The notes: generated from the sequence alone by a model not told the origin. A stretch of DNA of 64,000 bases from Lacisediminihabitans sp. (GCA_046597035.1 JBKJLH010000191.1:5790-69789); one strand, 5' to 3'. Counted from the stretch's first letter, positions 21,033 through 30,349 are shown. Translations and numbers: made by a program.

Positions 21033-22148
21033 GTGAGCGCCACGCGCCCGGACTCACCCTCCGCTCCTCCCTCAGCGTCAGACCTGCGACGCTGGCGCCA
21101 GTATCTCGCCGACGAGAAGGCCGAGGCCGCCGTCTACCGTGATCTCGCCAGCCGTCGCGCCGGGGAGGAGCGAGCGATCCTGCTCGCGCTCGCCGAGGCT
21201 GAGGGCCGGCACGAACAGCACTGGTTCGACCTGCTCGGCGACAACATCGGTAAGCCGCGCCGCGGCGACTTCCGCACCCGATCGCTCGGTCTTCTTGCCC
21301 GACGCTTCGGCTCGGTCTTCGTGCTCGCGCTCGCGCAGCGGGCCGAAGCGCGTTCTCCCTACGAGTCGGATTCGGATGCCACGGCAGCCATGGCCGCCGA
21401 CGAGCGGATCCATGCCGAGGTGGTGCGCGGTCTCGCTGAACGGGGACGCATCCGGCTTGCCGGCACCTTCCGCGCGGCCGTCTTCGGGGCCAACGACGGC
21501 CTCGTCTCGAACCTCGCCCTGGTGATCGGCATCAGTGCGAGCGGGGTGTCCCAGCAGGTCGTGCTCGTCACCGGTCTCGCGGGCCTTCTCGCGGGTGCGC
21601 TGTCGATGGGGGCGGGGGAGTACGTGTCGGTGCGGTCCCAGCGGGAGCTGCTCGAGGCATCCACCCCCGACCCGGAGAGCAACAGCGCACTCCCGAACCT
21701 CGACGTCGATGCCAACGAGTTGGCACTGGTCTACCGGGCACGCGGCATGACGCCCGAGGCGGCGGTGGCCCGGGCATCCGCCATGCTCGACACGCGTACC
21801 CGGCACGATCAGGGTCTCAACGATCACAGCCTGGCTGAGCAGAACGGCCCGGTCGACACACACGAAGCGGTCGGTACCGGATTCGGTGCCGCGATCTCGA
21901 GCTTCTGCTTCTTCGCGTCTGGCGCGGCTATCCCGGTGCTGCCGTACCTGTTGGGATTGCAGGGAATCGCGGCCCTCGTGGTCGCGGCAGTGCTTGTCGG
22001 GCTTGCCCTGCTGGGCACCGGCGCCGTCGTCGGGCTGCTCTCCGGCGGTCCGCCCTTGCGCCGTGCACTGCGCCAGCTGGGCATCGGCTACGGCGCTGCA
22101 AGCATCACCTACCTGCTCGGCCTACTCTTGGGCACGATGACCGGCTAG
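21033..22148 (+). CDS. Ferritin/rubrerythrin-like domain fused to a VIT1/CCC1 metal transporter
   Basis: E..EAAVY...EAEGRH and DERIH helices, then AAVFGANDGLVSN, SMGAGEYVSV. Confidence 0.88.
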   Translation: MSATRPDSPSAPPSASDLRRWRQYLADEKAEAAVYRDLASRRAGEERAILLALAEAEGRHEQHWFDLLGDNIGKPRRGDFRTRSLGLLARRFGSVFVLALAQRAEARSPYESDSDATAAMAADERIHAEVVRGLAERGRIRLAGTFRAAVFGANDGLVSNLALVIGISASGVSQQVVLVTGLAGLLAGALSMGAGEYVSVRSQRELLEASTPDPESNSALPNLDVDANELALVYRARGMTPEAAVARASAMLDTRTRHDQGLNDHSLAEQNGPVDTHEAVGTGFGAAISSFCFFASGAAIPVLPYLLGLQGIAALVVAAVLVGLALLGTGAVVGLLSGGPPLRRALRQLGIGYGAASITYLLGLLLGTMTG

Positions 22149-22444
22149 TGCCGAAGTCGAACGCCCGCGATGATCGTTCCTCGGCGGCGCCTGTGTGCCG
22201 CCTCGAACCGGCACAGACCTGTCGCATGGCACCAGCGTCTCGGGTCGAACAACCTACGGCTTCAGGATTGGCACCCGGCTCAGCGCGAGGACCGCAAGCC
22301 CGAAGAGTGGGCGCAGTAGCCCCAAAAGAGGTGTTTCACGGCGTTCGCCTCTCCGAGGCGTCGCGGTCCGGGCCCGCTGGAGATGGTGCGTATCACGTCG
22401 AAACGGTCTGGGAGCACCGACACCACGCCGTCGATCCGCTGGGG

Positions 22445-22765
22445 TTAAGACTTGTCCCCGCTCTCGCCGCGCGGCTCGGATTCATCGCTCAACTGGAGAC
22501 CCGAGGGTTTTCCTGCTGCCAGCAGAAGGGACTCGACCCAGGCGCGATTAATTCCGGCCGGGCGCGAGCCGCTGAAGAAGAAATGGATGCGGATTCCGTT
22601 GTCGATCCAGATGGCATGACGCCCGCTGCCACGCTCCATCGGTTGGGTCCACGACAGAAAGAAGTTCTCGCCCCGGCGCAACTTCGTGCTGATGACGACC
22701 TGGAGGTGGGTGAGGAGCCTGTCGTCGAGTTCGAATTCGCTGCCGCCGTAGTACAGAACGCCCAC
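22445..22765 (-). CDS. Small conserved Microbacteriaceae hypothetical protein (DUF7882-like, from memory)
   Basis: DDRLLTHLQVVISTKLRRGENFFLSW...INRAWVESL pattern. Confidence 0.7.
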   Translation of the reverse strand: MGVLYYGGSEFELDDRLLTHLQVVISTKLRRGENFFLSWTQPMERGSGRHAIWIDNGIRIHFFFSGSRPAGINRAWVESLLLAAGKPSGLQLSDESEPRGESGDKS

Positions 22766-22882
22766 GGAATCCCCCTTGAGGTCTCTGGCAACAGGCGAGT
22801 TCCTGCTTGTTGCAGAATAGTCGCCGGGGGGACTGTCGAGGCACGGGCGTACCCTTGACCAGCCGCCGATCGCGGCACCCTC

Positions 22883-23176
22883 GTGTCCCAAGTTAGGAAA
22901 CCAGTGATAGTGAACCGGCTCACCGTCGACGGGCGCGACTATTTCCTACCCGATCCCGTGACGGCGCTGAAGGCACGCATTCTCGAAGCGATCAAGAGCG
23001 GCGGCGGCTACGTGACCATCCCACCGCTCAAGTCGGGAACCGGTATCGAGATACTCTTCTCGCCCGGGATGCCCGTGTTGTGGACGCAGCTCGATGTCGG
23101 TGGAGACACGGCGGGCGAATCACAGCAGGGCTCCGGCGATGCCGCGGTCGGTGAGGATCTCGAGAGCACGCTCTAG
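22883..23176 (+). CDS. Small hypothetical protein; start uncertain (possibly 22904)
   Basis: ORF with plausible globular composition, divergent from the previous gene. Confidence 0.55.
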   Translation: MSQVRKPVIVNRLTVDGRDYFLPDPVTALKARILEAIKSGGGYVTIPPLKSGTGIEILFSPGMPVLWTQLDVGGDTAGESQQGSGDAAVGEDLESTL

Positions 23177-23982
23177 GAAGCCGAGCCGGGCGCCCATTCG
23201 GAGGCCCGATTCGCCGAGACCAGCTCTTCGAGAAGTTCGCCCGATGTGGGATGGGCAAAGAGAAACCCCTGCCCACGGTCGAAGCGAAGTTCACGCGCGA
23301 GCGCCAGGTGTTCGACAGTCTCGATGCCCTCGGCGACGACTCGGATATTCCGTTCGTGAACGAGCGAGACGATCGCCGCGATGAGCGCACGGGTCGAGTG
23401 GGTGCCGGACTGGATCAGAGTGCGATCGAACTTCAGCTCCGTTGCCCCCAGGCGAAGAAGCCGTTCGATAGAGGAATGCCCGGTGCCGAAATCATCGATC
23501 GAGATTCCGATACCCCTCTGACGTAACTGATCGAGGTGCTCTCGGACGGGCCCAATCCGACGGATCGCCTGGGACTCCGTGATCTCGAGGGTGAGGCATC
23601 CGGCGGGCACCGACATCCGATCGAGAGTCGACACGACCCGTTCGAAGAACTGTGGGGTGGAAAGTTGGGCCGCAGAGACATTGATCGATATCTCGAGGGG
23701 ATGACCCCGGCGCTGCCATTCGGCAGCACACCGGCAGCCCTCTTCGATCATGAGCTCGCCGATGAGGTGAATCAGTCCGGTTCGTTCCGCGAGGGGGATG
23801 AACTCTCCAGGACCGATGATGCCTCGGTGCGGATGCCTCCAGCGACTCAGCGTCTCGACGGCGACGATCTGTCCGGTCGCTACATCGATCTGCGGCTGGA
23901 AGTACGCCACGATCTCACCCCGCGCAAGCGCGTCCGCGAGGTCCGTCGCGCCCAGGGGAAACGGGACCGCTTGACTATTCAC
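23173..23982 (-). CDS. Stand-alone EAL domain protein (c-di-GMP phosphodiesterase, ETL variant)
   Basis: YFQP, VETLSRW, SINVS, EITES, IDDFGTG, EGIET, QGFLF. Confidence 0.88.
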   Translation of the reverse strand: MNSQAVPFPLGATDLADALARGEIVAYFQPQIDVATGQIVAVETLSRWRHPHRGIIGPGEFIPLAERTGLIHLIGELMIEEGCRCAAEWQRRGHPLEISINVSAAQLSTPQFFERVVSTLDRMSVPAGCLTLEITESQAIRRIGPVREHLDQLRQRGIGISIDDFGTGHSSIERLLRLGATELKFDRTLIQSGTHSTRALIAAIVSLVHERNIRVVAEGIETVEHLALARELRFDRGQGFLFAHPTSGELLEELVSANRASEWAPGSAS

Positions 23983-24134
23983 GCTGATCCCTTCCTTCGG
24001 GGCGACCGGTATCAGGCAAGGCTCACTGGTACATGTCGGGTTTGTCAAAGCCCCCTATTCCCCCCTCCGGTAAGCTATGCTCGCACGCCTTTCAGCGTTC
24101 CCAGCTTTCCGCGATCCACGACCCGAGGCCGCTG

Positions 24135-24953
24135 ATGAACCGAACCGTCAAGAGCGTCGGCGATCCCGTGATCCGTAATAATGTCCGTGTGTCGGGAAAT
24201 CCGACCGGTCGTCCCATCGTGTTCGCTCACGGCTTCGGCTGCAGCCAAGAGGTATGGCGCCACATGGTTCCGCTTTTCGAACGTGACTATCGGGTCGTGC
24301 TGTTCGATCACGTGGGAGCCGGGGGTTCCGATCTCACCGCCTACGACCGGGGCAAGTACGATTCGCTCGACGGCTATGCGCAGGACGTACTCGAGATCGT
24401 CGAGGAACTCGACCTGAGAGATGCGGTCTTCGTCGGACATTCGGTAGGCGCCATCGTCGGTGTTTTAGCAGCCAATCGCGACGGATCGCGCTTTGGCGCC
24501 CTGGTGCTCGTCGGACCCTCCGCCCGGTATGTCGACGAGGATGACTATCACGGGGGGTTCACCCGGGCCGATATCGATTCACTGCTCGATACCCTCGACG
24601 CCAACTACCTCGGGTGGTCCGCTTCCATAGCCCCGCTCATGATGGGCAACAGCGATCGCCCGGAGCTGGGGCAAGAGCTCACGGAGAGCTTCTGCAGTAC
24701 CGATCCGATCATCGCGAGACATTTCGCCCGGGTGACGTTTCTCTCCGACAACCGCCGTGACCTCTCCCGGGTGTCGATCCCCACTCTGGTGCTGCAGAGC
24801 ACCGAGGACGTGATCGCCCCCGAGCGAGTCGGCCACTACGTGCACGAGCAGATCACCGGGAGTGAACTCGTCATGCTCACCTCGAGTGGTCACTGTCCCA
24901 ACCTGTCGGATCCGGCCCAACTATCGCGTCGAATCCTCGACTTCTTCGCATGA
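24135..24953 (+). CDS. RsbQ-like alpha/beta hydrolase (KAI2/D14 relative)
   Basis: FAHGFGCSQEVW, GHSVG, RYVDEDDYHGGF, GHCPNLS. Confidence 0.88.
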   Translation: MNRTVKSVGDPVIRNNVRVSGNPTGRPIVFAHGFGCSQEVWRHMVPLFERDYRVVLFDHVGAGGSDLTAYDRGKYDSLDGYAQDVLEIVEELDLRDAVFVGHSVGAIVGVLAANRDGSRFGALVLVGPSARYVDEDDYHGGFTRADIDSLLDTLDANYLGWSASIAPLMMGNSDRPELGQELTESFCSTDPIIARHFARVTFLSDNRRDLSRVSIPTLVLQSTEDVIAPERVGHYVHEQITGSELVMLTSSGHCPNLSDPAQLSRRILDFFA

Positions 24954-26389
24954 CTGCGGACGGGCAGCTGTCAGGCCACGACCCGCTACCCGTCACGGAG
25001 TCGATTGAGGAGCTCTACAACGGTGCTCCCTGTGGGATCCTTTCGACAACTCCCGATGGTGAGATCATCGCCGTCAACGACACCATGGCGTCGTGGGTGG
25101 GAGTGCCGCCTGCCGCGTTGGTCGGGCGTACGTTTCGCCAGTTGCTTTCATCCGGTAGCCAGCTGTTTTACGAGACGCGCTATCTGCCGGTGATGCGACT
25201 ATCCGGACACATCCACGAGGTTGCCCTCACCATGCTGGGCCCCGGTGACACGGAGCTTCCCGTACTGGTGAATTCCCTCGTGGTGCCGGATGCCACGGGC
25301 TCGCCTCGCCTCATTCGAACTGCGGTCTTCGACTCGACATCCCGCCAGGACTACGAGCGGCAGCTGTTGTCGGCACAACGATCGGCCGAAATCTCAGAGT
25401 CTCGCGTTCGCATCATCCAGGAGGCCTCCACAGCCTTCGATTCGACCACGACGGAAGAAGCGCTGGCTGAGACGTTCGTCTCGGTGGCGCGGGACGCCTT
25501 CTCCGCCCCTGCAGTCGCGATACTGCTGCGGGCGAAATCGGGCACACTCCGGCTCGTTGCCGGCTCGCAGTCGGTCAACATCGCGGCATCAACGGATGCT
25601 CGTCCGGAGTTGGATGCGCTGGCCACCTCTCGCACGGTCACGCTCACCACTCTCGATGCCGCGCTGGCCCGGTATCCGTCGACAGGGGAGGCGATGTCGA
25701 TCGCGCGAGTCGAGGCACTGTGGGCTGTGCCCCTTTTCGCGGACGGTGGGGCAGTGGGTGTGCTTGTCTGCTATTTCGGCAGGGAGCGCACTATGGATGA
25801 ATCCGCCGCTCTGCTGATGGAGACCCTTGCGTGGCAAGCGATGCTGGTCTTGGGCCGGATTCGCCTGCAAAACGAGTTGGAACACCGTGCGCTCCACGAC
25901 CCGCTCACCGGGCTGGCCAACCGTCGTCTTCTCGAGGAGTACCTCACCCCTACCCTGGCGGCCGCGCACCGCCATGGCACGCCGGTCGCCATTATCTTTC
26001 TCGACCTCGATGGCTTCAAAGCGGTCAACGATGCCCTGGGGCACGGAATGGGTGACGGCATTCTGCGTGCGGTATCCGGCCATCTCCTCGGGGTCGTCCG
26101 TCAGGACGATATCGTCGGCCGGCTCGGGGGTGACGAATTTCTCATCATCTGCGCGGATACGGATGTGACAGCCGCCGAAGCGATCGCCGAGCGAGTGCGG
26201 ATCGCGGTGCGAACGCCATACGGCCCGGCGTCGACGACCCGCCCGATCACCGCGAGTATCGGGGTCGCAATCTATCGCCCCCGTCCCGGGTATCGAGCGA
26301 CGGGTGCCGATCTCGTCGCTGTTGCCGACTCCGCGATGTACGAGTCGAAGAATTCCGGTAAGGACCGAGTAACCGTCGTGCAGGCCTGA
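24950..26389 (+). CDS. PAS-GAF-GGDEF diguanylate cyclase
   Basis: RsbP-like PAS (SQLFYETRYLP), HDPLTGLANR, DLDGFKAVND, RQDD I-site, GGDEF. Confidence 0.9.
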   Translation: MTADGQLSGHDPLPVTESIEELYNGAPCGILSTTPDGEIIAVNDTMASWVGVPPAALVGRTFRQLLSSGSQLFYETRYLPVMRLSGHIHEVALTMLGPGDTELPVLVNSLVVPDATGSPRLIRTAVFDSTSRQDYERQLLSAQRSAEISESRVRIIQEASTAFDSTTTEEALAETFVSVARDAFSAPAVAILLRAKSGTLRLVAGSQSVNIAASTDARPELDALATSRTVTLTTLDAALARYPSTGEAMSIARVEALWAVPLFADGGAVGVLVCYFGRERTMDESAALLMETLAWQAMLVLGRIRLQNELEHRALHDPLTGLANRRLLEEYLTPTLAAAHRHGTPVAIIFLDLDGFKAVNDALGHGMGDGILRAVSGHLLGVVRQDDIVGRLGGDEFLIICADTDVTAAEAIAERVRIAVRTPYGPASTTRPITASIGVAIYRPRPGYRATGADLVAVADSAMYESKNSGKDRVTVVQA

Positions 26390-26590
26390 GGCACTCGGAA
26401 CTGACCGTGTAGCCAAAACGTGATGTGTCTCGCGAGGGTGCACGACCCAATGGTGGGCTGATCCAGCGCACTCGGCACACCGGGAGCAGCGTGTCAAGCC
26501 CCCGCGCACCGGTGCCAACGCCACGTAGCTTCGAACCGCTGTCCCTGAAACCGTCAGCCACCCGAACAGGCTGCCTAAAGGAGGCGAAGC

Positions 26591-27202
26591 ATGGCGATCT
26601 CACCGGGAGTCGACAGTGACTCGACGTCCGTTCTGCGAACGGCAACCAATGGCATGCTCATCAGGATCGCGGCCGGCGACCATGCGGCATTCCGCGAGCT
26701 GTACGAGTGCATGGCCCCCCGCGTCCACGGCTTGATAAGACGCACAGTGGTGGATGACGGACAGTCCCAGGAAGTGACGCAGGACGTGTTCCTGGAGGTG
26801 TGGCGGTCGGCGTCGCGTTTCGATGCCGCCCGTGGCTCCGCTGTGAGCTGGATCATGATGAAAGCGCACAGCAGCGCGGTCGACCGCGTTCGGGCATCCC
26901 AGGCCAGCCGCGATCGTGACCTGCGCATCGGGGTACGCGACAGAGACGTGCACTTCGATCTGGTCTCTGAAGCAGGTGAGCTCTCTGTCGAATCGGCGCG
27001 GGTCACCCGTGCGATGACCCGATTGACCGCCATCCAGCGCGACGCGATCTCAATGACCTACTTCGAGGGGCTGACCGGTCCCGAGTTGGCGGCTCGCCTC
27101 GAGATACCGGTAGGCACTCTGAAGTCGCGCCTGCGGGAAGCCCTCATCCGCCTTCGGGACGAACTCGGAATCGGACAGAGCCTCGAAGGGTCCCTCGTCT
27201 GA
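26591..27202 (+). CDS. ECF sigma factor, SigK-like paralog without an adjacent anti-sigma
   Basis: EVTQDVFLEVW, AVDRVRASQ, IPVGTLKSRLR; GGAGG RBS. Confidence 0.85.
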   Translation: MAISPGVDSDSTSVLRTATNGMLIRIAAGDHAAFRELYECMAPRVHGLIRRTVVDDGQSQEVTQDVFLEVWRSASRFDAARGSAVSWIMMKAHSSAVDRVRASQASRDRDLRIGVRDRDVHFDLVSEAGELSVESARVTRAMTRLTAIQRDAISMTYFEGLTGPELAARLEIPVGTLKSRLREALIRLRDELGIGQSLEGSLV

Positions 27203-27340
27203 ATGGTGAGATGGGGCAGTCTGGGGGGGACACCAGCGCTCGAAACCACCGACGCTCCGATACGCGTGTTTCGCCTCCGATCTCGACGGTGGTGTGCGCC
27301 CCCATGACACCGCATCACCAGACAACGACGAAGGAGAACG

Positions 27341-28156
27341 ATGTCACCGAAGAAGCATCTGCAGGCCCGTCGCACGCTGGCGAAGAGTGCGTACGAAACC
27401 GAACTCGAACGTCTTCAGATAGATCTCGTACAGATGCAGCAGTGGGTAGTGCAGTCGGGTGCCCGCGTCCTCGTCATCTTCGAAGGTCGCGATGCAGCGG
27501 GCAAAGGCGGCTCGATCAAACGAGTGATGCAATACCTGAATCCCCGGTCTGCACGAGTCGTCGCACTTCCCGCGCCGAGCGAACGCGAGCGAAGCCAATG
27601 GTACTTCCAGAGATATATCGAACGTCTGCCGGCGGCTGGCGAGATCGTGCTCATGGACCGGTCTTGGTATAACCGTGCCGGAGTCGAGCGCGTGCTCGGA
27701 TATTGCACCGAGGAAGAATATGACCGTTTCCTGAGGCAAGTGCCCATCCTCGAGCGGATGCTCGTCGAAGATGGCATCATCCTGGTCAAGTACTGGTTCT
27801 CGGTCTCAGACGACGAACAGCAGAAGCGATTCAAATCGCGTCTGAAGGATCCGATGAGACGGTGGAAGCTCTCGGAAACCGACCTCAAATCCATCGTTGA
27901 ATGGGAGGGCTACTCCAGGGCAAAGGACGCGATGTTTACGGTGACGGATATTCCCGAGGCACCATGGTGGACGATCGAGAGCGACGACAAGAAGTCCGCA
28001 CGAATCAATGCGATAAGCCACCTACTGTCTCAAGTTCCGTGGGAGAAGGTAGCGCCAAAACCAATAAAACTCCCCGATCGTCCGCTGGCCCACGACTATG
28101 AGCGACCCGCACGCGAGCTGCACAAGTATGTACCTGATCAGGCATCCACCCTGTGA
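27341..28156 (+). CDS. ppk2: Polyphosphate kinase 2
   Basis: FEGRDAAGKGG, DRSWYNRAGVERVLG, RRWKLS. Confidence 0.93.
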   Translation: MSPKKHLQARRTLAKSAYETELERLQIDLVQMQQWVVQSGARVLVIFEGRDAAGKGGSIKRVMQYLNPRSARVVALPAPSERERSQWYFQRYIERLPAAGEIVLMDRSWYNRAGVERVLGYCTEEEYDRFLRQVPILERMLVEDGIILVKYWFSVSDDEQQKRFKSRLKDPMRRWKLSETDLKSIVEWEGYSRAKDAMFTVTDIPEAPWWTIESDDKKSARINAISHLLSQVPWEKVAPKPIKLPDRPLAHDYERPARELHKYVPDQASTL

Positions 28157-28192
28157 ACTCGACGACCGTCGGGCGCATTCGCCCGGGACCGT

Positions 28193-29416
28193 CTACCCGG
28201 TAGGTCGAGACTCTTTTTGGATCACGGAGCCGGGACCGTCGTTGTCTGGCGCTCTCTCCTGCTCTGCGGTGATTCGGGCGAAGTAGCTGGCAATCGGAAC
28301 GTCGGTAGATGAATGGGCGACGATGGAGAGGGTGATCGCCACCACGATGAGGTGGAAGAGGTGCTCTGCGTCGGGATTTCCGCTTTCGAGTACGAGCAAG
28401 CCGTATAAAACGGAGGCGAACCCCTTTGGCCCGAACCAGGCGGCGGTCGCACGTTCCTGCCAGGGCAGTTTGCTTCCGAGGAGGGCTATCTCCACGGCGA
28501 TAGGCCTGGCGATGATCAGAGTCAGAAGAGCGAAAAGGTAGCCGGCCAGCGAAACGTCGGCGAGCACAATTGGAGTGATGAGGGCCCCGAAAACGAAAAT
28601 AGCCACCAGTTTGACGTTTTCGGCGATAAATTCGCCGTATTCCCTGAACGCGTCTCGAAGCGCGGGGGCCGCGCTGGCGATGGTGATGCCCCCGGAGAAC
28701 GCCGCCAAATAGAGGTTTGCCCCGGTCGCCTCCGCGACACCGTAGATGATGATCGCAATTGCGACGGGAGCAAGAGAGGCATAGAGCGGAGTCGTCGTGA
28801 TGAATCGGACGCGCAGTAACAGGGAAACGAGTAGCGGCACAGCAACGCCGAGTGCGATTCCCCCCACTAACTCCAGGGCTAGTACCAGTGGGTCGACTCC
28901 GGGTCCTCCCACCGCGGCGACGAGCACGAGCACGGCGGGAAGGGCGAGGCCGTCGTTGAGTCCGGACTCGACGTTCAGCAGGCCGCGTATCCGGGACGGG
29001 ATCTCGGTCCGCCCGACGATAGCGGAGGCGAACACGGGATCGGTCGGGGCAAGCACCGCCGATATGAGCAGCGCTTCGAGCAGCGGCAACCTGAGCAGTG
29101 TGACCCCGAGCACGGTGGTGATAATAAAAGTCAGCGGCATCCCGAGCAGGAGGGCTCGGCCGGGTAGACGCCACGCTCTGGCCAGGTCGCGCACGGCGAG
29201 ATGTTGACCGTCAGTGAAAAGAACGACGAACAGGGCAATCTGCGCGATCTGGGTGACCTGCGAATCTCCGGCCTTGAGGGTGATGACGCCAGCCATTCCA
29301 TCCCCGAGCAAGAATCCCGCGAACAAAAATACGACCGCAGTGGATAACACCGTCCGGTGCGCGATGCCCGAGATCAGGATTGCGGCTACCAGTACCAGGC
29401 CGAAACTGAGGATCAT
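28193..29416 (-). CDS. CPA1/NhaP-type cation:proton antiporter
   Basis: LAPTDPVFA, VESGLNDG, WFGPKG. Confidence 0.88.
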   Translation of the reverse strand: MILSFGLVLVAAILISGIAHRTVLSTAVVFLFAGFLLGDGMAGVITLKAGDSQVTQIAQIALFVVLFTDGQHLAVRDLARAWRLPGRALLLGMPLTFIITTVLGVTLLRLPLLEALLISAVLAPTDPVFASAIVGRTEIPSRIRGLLNVESGLNDGLALPAVLVLVAAVGGPGVDPLVLALELVGGIALGVAVPLLVSLLLRVRFITTTPLYASLAPVAIAIIIYGVAEATGANLYLAAFSGGITIASAAPALRDAFREYGEFIAENVKLVAIFVFGALITPIVLADVSLAGYLFALLTLIIARPIAVEIALLGSKLPWQERATAAWFGPKGFASVLYGLLVLESGNPDAEHLFHLIVVAITLSIVAHSSTDVPIASYFARITAEQERAPDNDGPGSVIQKESRPTG

Positions 29417-29567
29417 CGGGTCTGCCGGGCGGTCGGAGGTGTCAGGACCTCTTGGATCGGAGCGGTCGTCTCGCGCGGCACCCACCGGGCGGTGGCGGCT
29501 CGATCTGCACGGTGCACGGTGAGTGATCTCTCTCGTGAAATTCTTGCGGCAATATGGCCGAGAGGGG

Positions 29568-29640
29568 TGGGCCCCGTCGGGCTCGAACCGACGACCAACG
29601 GATTAAAAGTCCGATGCTCTACCAACTGAGCTAGAGGCCC
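29568..29640 (-). tRNA. tRNA-Lys(TTT)
   Basis: GGGCCTCTAGCTCAGTTGGTAGAGCATCGGACTTTTAATCCGTTGGTCGTCGGTTCGAGCCCGACGGGGCCCA; full cloverleaf, CCA not encoded. Confidence 0.96.
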
Positions 29641-29719
29641 CTTCTCTTAAATCTAGCGTGGATTGCGCGACTGGCGAACGCGCGACGGGTGAGGCATCCG
29701 CTGGCTTAGGCTTTGACGG

Positions 29720-30349
29720 ATGACCGACCAGTTCCATAAGCCGACCCAGTTCTCGGGCGCCAAGTTTGAAAGTTTCGTGGGCGGGGAGGACCCCGCGCAG
29801 ATCAGCCGCGTCGCCCATGAGACCGCGGGAGCGTTGCTCAGCCGAGTGCGGCAGAGCCCTGACCAGGGGGTGGTCGACCGGCTCGTCGCATTCACCGACG
29901 AGCATGGAATCGACGCCGTCGCCGAACTGTGGGCGCGCGCCAGTCCGCGCAGCCTGCCGGGCGCGCTCTGGCGCATCTACCTGATGCGAGCGCTCGTGCG
30001 CCAGGATGCCGAGGGCACCGCCCACCTCTTTCAACGCGGCACCGAGATCGCGACCACTATCGACCCGGTGGTGGCCGGCGCGACCGCCCCGACCGGTCCT
30101 GCAGAGATCATCGTTCTCGCCGACCAGATTCTTCGCGGACTGTTTCAGGGGGACTTCGGGGTCGCGCTCGACCGTGCAGCAGCCTTCTGCCGTATCACCG
30201 CACTGGGAGCAACGAGCGTTGCCGATGACGCGGACCTGACCTCGCCGGAGCGCGCGTCCGAACTCACCACTCGCGCCCTCCGCCTCTCGCAGACCGCGAC
30301 GGAGTTCGTCTCCTGCGCCAAACTCTGGCGAGCCGGGTCGCTCGACTAA
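29720..30349 (+). CDS. Conserved actinobacterial hypothetical protein
   Basis: Good codon usage, SLPGALWRIYL motif, TAGGCT -10 just upstream. Confidence 0.75.
   Translation: MTDQFHKPTQFSGAKFESFVGGEDPAQISRVAHETAGALLSRVRQSPDQGVVDRLVAFTDEHGIDAVAELWARASPRSLPGALWRIYLMRALVRQDAEGTAHLFQRGTEIATTIDPVVAGATAPTGPAEIIVLADQILRGLFQGDFGVALDRAAAFCRITALGATSVADDADLTSPERASELTTRALRLSQTATEFVSCAKLWRAGSLD

Noticed and set aside
22227-22250. tRNA-3'-end-like string (GTTCGACCCGAGACGCTGGTGCCA on the minus strand) as a possible att site of the island
   Set aside because: Only about 11 nt resemble the tRNA-Lys end, too weak to call an att repeat, and there is no integrase
22445-22765. ATP-dependent DNA ligase (a label sometimes attached to this family)
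   Set aside because: About 106 aa with no KxDG motif
29720-30349. RNA polymerase beta subunit (a label sometimes attached to such proteins)
   Set aside because: 209 aa with no RpoB motifs
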